Origin: Candidatus Magasanikiibacteriota bacterium | GTDB taxonomy: Bacteria > Patescibacteriota > Patescibacteriia > Magasanikbacterales > UBA922 | Length of the DNA: 61,724 bases | Direction of reading: 5' to 3' | Assembly: GCA_014729395.1 (NCBI GenBank) | Contig: WJJZ01000004.1 | Location: forward strand, 1-61,724 | Shown here: positions 60,102-61,724 of the stretch, in pieces | How the letters are laid out: the number at the start of each line of letters is the position of its first letter | How positions within the stretch are numbered: the first letter of the stretch is position 1 | The notes under the pieces: generated by a model | The model's input: only the letters and a program-made list of their open reading frames with translations | Databases searched by the model: none | Told to the model about the DNA's origin: nothing | Translations under genes and position numbers: made by a program

Positions 60102-61592
60102 ATGTCAACGAATACAATTGTAAATGAATTAAAAAAACATATCTCATCATTCGAAAAACAGGTTGAGGTGGAAGAAGTCGGAACAGTTATTGAGGTAGGA
60201 GATGGTATTGCCAGAATGGATGGTTTGACAAGCTGTCAGGCTCAAGAGATGCTTGAGTTTCCGGGTGGAGTCTATGGGGTGGCTCTTAATTTAGAAGAAG
60301 AAACCGTTGGAGCCATTATTTTGGGTGAATATAAAAATATTAAAGAAGGTGATACTGTCAAAAGAACCGGCAGAATTTTGTCTGTCCCTGTTGGCGAAGC
60401 GGTTGTAGGCAGAGTTTTGAATGCTTTGGGTGAGCCGGTTGATGGCAAAGGAGAATTAAAGACAAAAGATTATTATCCAATGGAGAGAATTGCGCCGGGT
60501 GTTATGACTCGTGAACCGGTTAGCGAACCTGTGCAAACGGGAATTAAAGCGATTGACGCTATGATCCCAATCGGGCGTGGTCAGCGTGAGCTTATTATTG
60601 GAGACAGACAAACCGGTAAAACCGCGATTGCAATTGATGCTATTATCAATCAAAAGGGTCAAAACATGAAATGTATTTATGTGGCGGTTGGTCAAAAAGA
60701 ATCAAAAATTGCCAGAATTGTTGCCAAATTGGAAGAAACCGGTGCTATGGAATACACGACTATTGTTATTGCCGGTGCATCTGATCCGGCCAGTATGAGT
60801 TATTTGGCTCCGTACGCAGGTGTAGCCATGGCGGAATATTTTGCTGACAAAGGCGAGGATGTATTGATAATTTACGATGATTTGAGTAAACAGGCTTGGG
60901 CCTATCGTGAAATTTCTCTGCTTCTTAGAAGACCTCCCGGACGTGAAGCTTATCCCGGTGATGTATTTTATCTACATTCAAGATTACTAGAGAGAGCATG
61001 TAATTTAAACAAAGAAAACGGCGGCGGTTCTATTACGGCATTACCGATTATTGAAACTCAAGCCAGTGATGTATCCGCTTATATTCCGACAAATGTGATT
61101 TCCATTACAGACGGTCAAATTTTCTTGGAAACAGATTTGTTTTACAAAGGTATCAGACCGGCTCTAAACGTTGGTATTTCCGTATCTCGTGTTGGTGGTT
61201 CGGCTCAGCTGAAACCAATGAAAAAAGTAGCCGGAAAGATGAAGTTGGCAATGGCTCAATTTAGAGAGCTGGAAGCTTTCGCTCAATTCGCCAGTGACCT
61301 GGATCCGGAAACAAAAAAACAGATTGAGTTAGGTCAAAGAATTACAGAACTTATGAAACAAGCCCAATATTCACCGATGTCGGTTGAGGATCAAGTAGTT
61401 GTTATTTATGCGGTTAATAATGGTTATTTTGATGATGTAGAGGTAGATAAAGTATCAGAATATGAGACTAAGTTAGTAGATTTTATGAATAAAAGTAAAA
61501 GAAAATTATTAGATAAAATTGCCGGTAATGAGTGGAATGACGAGATTGAAAAAGAATTGAAAGAGGCCTGTGAAGAATTTAAGAAAAGCTAG
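60102..61592 (+). CDS. atpA: F1 ATP synthase subunit alpha
   Basis: '[18 protein letters not shown]', '[42 protein letters not shown]'. I chose ATG 60102. Confidence 0.96.
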   Translation: MSTNTIVNELKKHISSFEKQVEVEEVGTVIEVGDGIARMDGLTSCQAQEMLEFPGGVYGVALNLEEETVGAIILGEYKNIKEGDTVKRTGRILSVPVGEAVVGRVLNALGEPVDGKGELKTKDYYPMERIAPGVMTREPVSEPVQTGIKAIDAMIPIGRGQRELIIGDRQTGKTAIAIDAIINQKGQNMKCIYVAVGQKESKIARIVAKLEETGAMEYTTIVIAGASDPASMSYLAPYAGVAMAEYFADKGEDVLIIYDDLSKQAWAYREISLLLRRPPGREAYPGDVFYLHSRLLERACNLNKENGGGSITALPIIETQASDVSAYIPTNVISITDGQIFLETDLFYKGIRPALNVGISVSRVGGSAQLKPMKKVAGKMKLAMAQFRELEAFAQFASDLDPETKKQIELGQRITELMKQAQYSPMSVEDQVVVIYAVNNGYFDDVEVDKVSEYETKLVDFMNKSKRKLLDKIAGNEWNDEIEKELKEACEEFKKS

Positions 61593-61634
61593 AAAAAGCT
61601 AGAGAGGCCTGAAAAGCCGGAAAGGCTAGGATAG

Positions 61635-61724
61635 TATGCAAGATTATCATGATTTATTAGTCTGGAAACGAACTGTAGAATTTACCAAATTAATTTATCG
61701 TTTAACTCAGAAATTTCCAGAAGA
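61635..61724 (+). CDS. four-helix-bundle protein (23S rRNA IVS protein / Avd-like family), 5' fragment cut by the window end
   Basis: Hand translation 'MQDYHDLLVWKRTVEFTKLIYRLTQKFPE' matches the family N-terminus ('L.VW......L...IY..T..FP..E'). Confidence 0.6.

Overview
AT-rich (about one third G+C by eye, not computed), tightly packed, almost entirely coding chromosomal fragment. Most genes are housekeeping: hpf, secA, secD-secF, dnaG-rpoD, mnmA, cca, alaS, infA-rpmJ-rpsM-rpsK-rpsD-rpoA-rplQ-rplM-rpsI, a surface-glycan cluster, def-fmt, priA, rsmI, metG, tatD and an F-type ATPase operon (atpZ-B-E-F-H-[extra ORF]-A). Several proteins are minimal: AlaRS lacks the C-terminal domain, RpoA lacks the alpha-CTD, and AtpH and MetRS are short. 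Together with a tandem CxxC zinc-ribbon protein, an orphan VirD4-like ATPase and the near absence of Shine-Dalgarno motifs, this points to a Patescibacteria/CPR (Parcubacteria-like) origin; that is inference only. I saw no rRNA, tRNA, CRISPR array, transposase or integrase. The code looks standard: TGA ends at least two ORFs and is absent inside conserved genes. Six observations deserve follow-up. (1) Most long intergenic spacers hold inverted arrays of tandem 7-nt words, and the same words occur in frame inside mnmA (two arrays) and rsmI. (2) A two-gene cassette, DUF488-like plus an unknown 238-aa protein (48.7-50.1 kb), has its own promoter, strong SD, translational coupling and terminator. 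(3) A visibly G+C-richer single-gene island between secA and secDF encodes a divergent UPRT-family phosphoribosyltransferase. (4) GGAGG-type ribosome-binding sites occur only before a handful of non-core genes. (5) A G+C-rich structured intergenic element sits upstream of the metG operon. (6) Several core proteins are remodelled: SecD carries an embedded parvulin domain, PriA lacks Walker A and motif VI, and RpoD has a lysine-rich tail. All family assignments come from motif recognition by eye, without searches.
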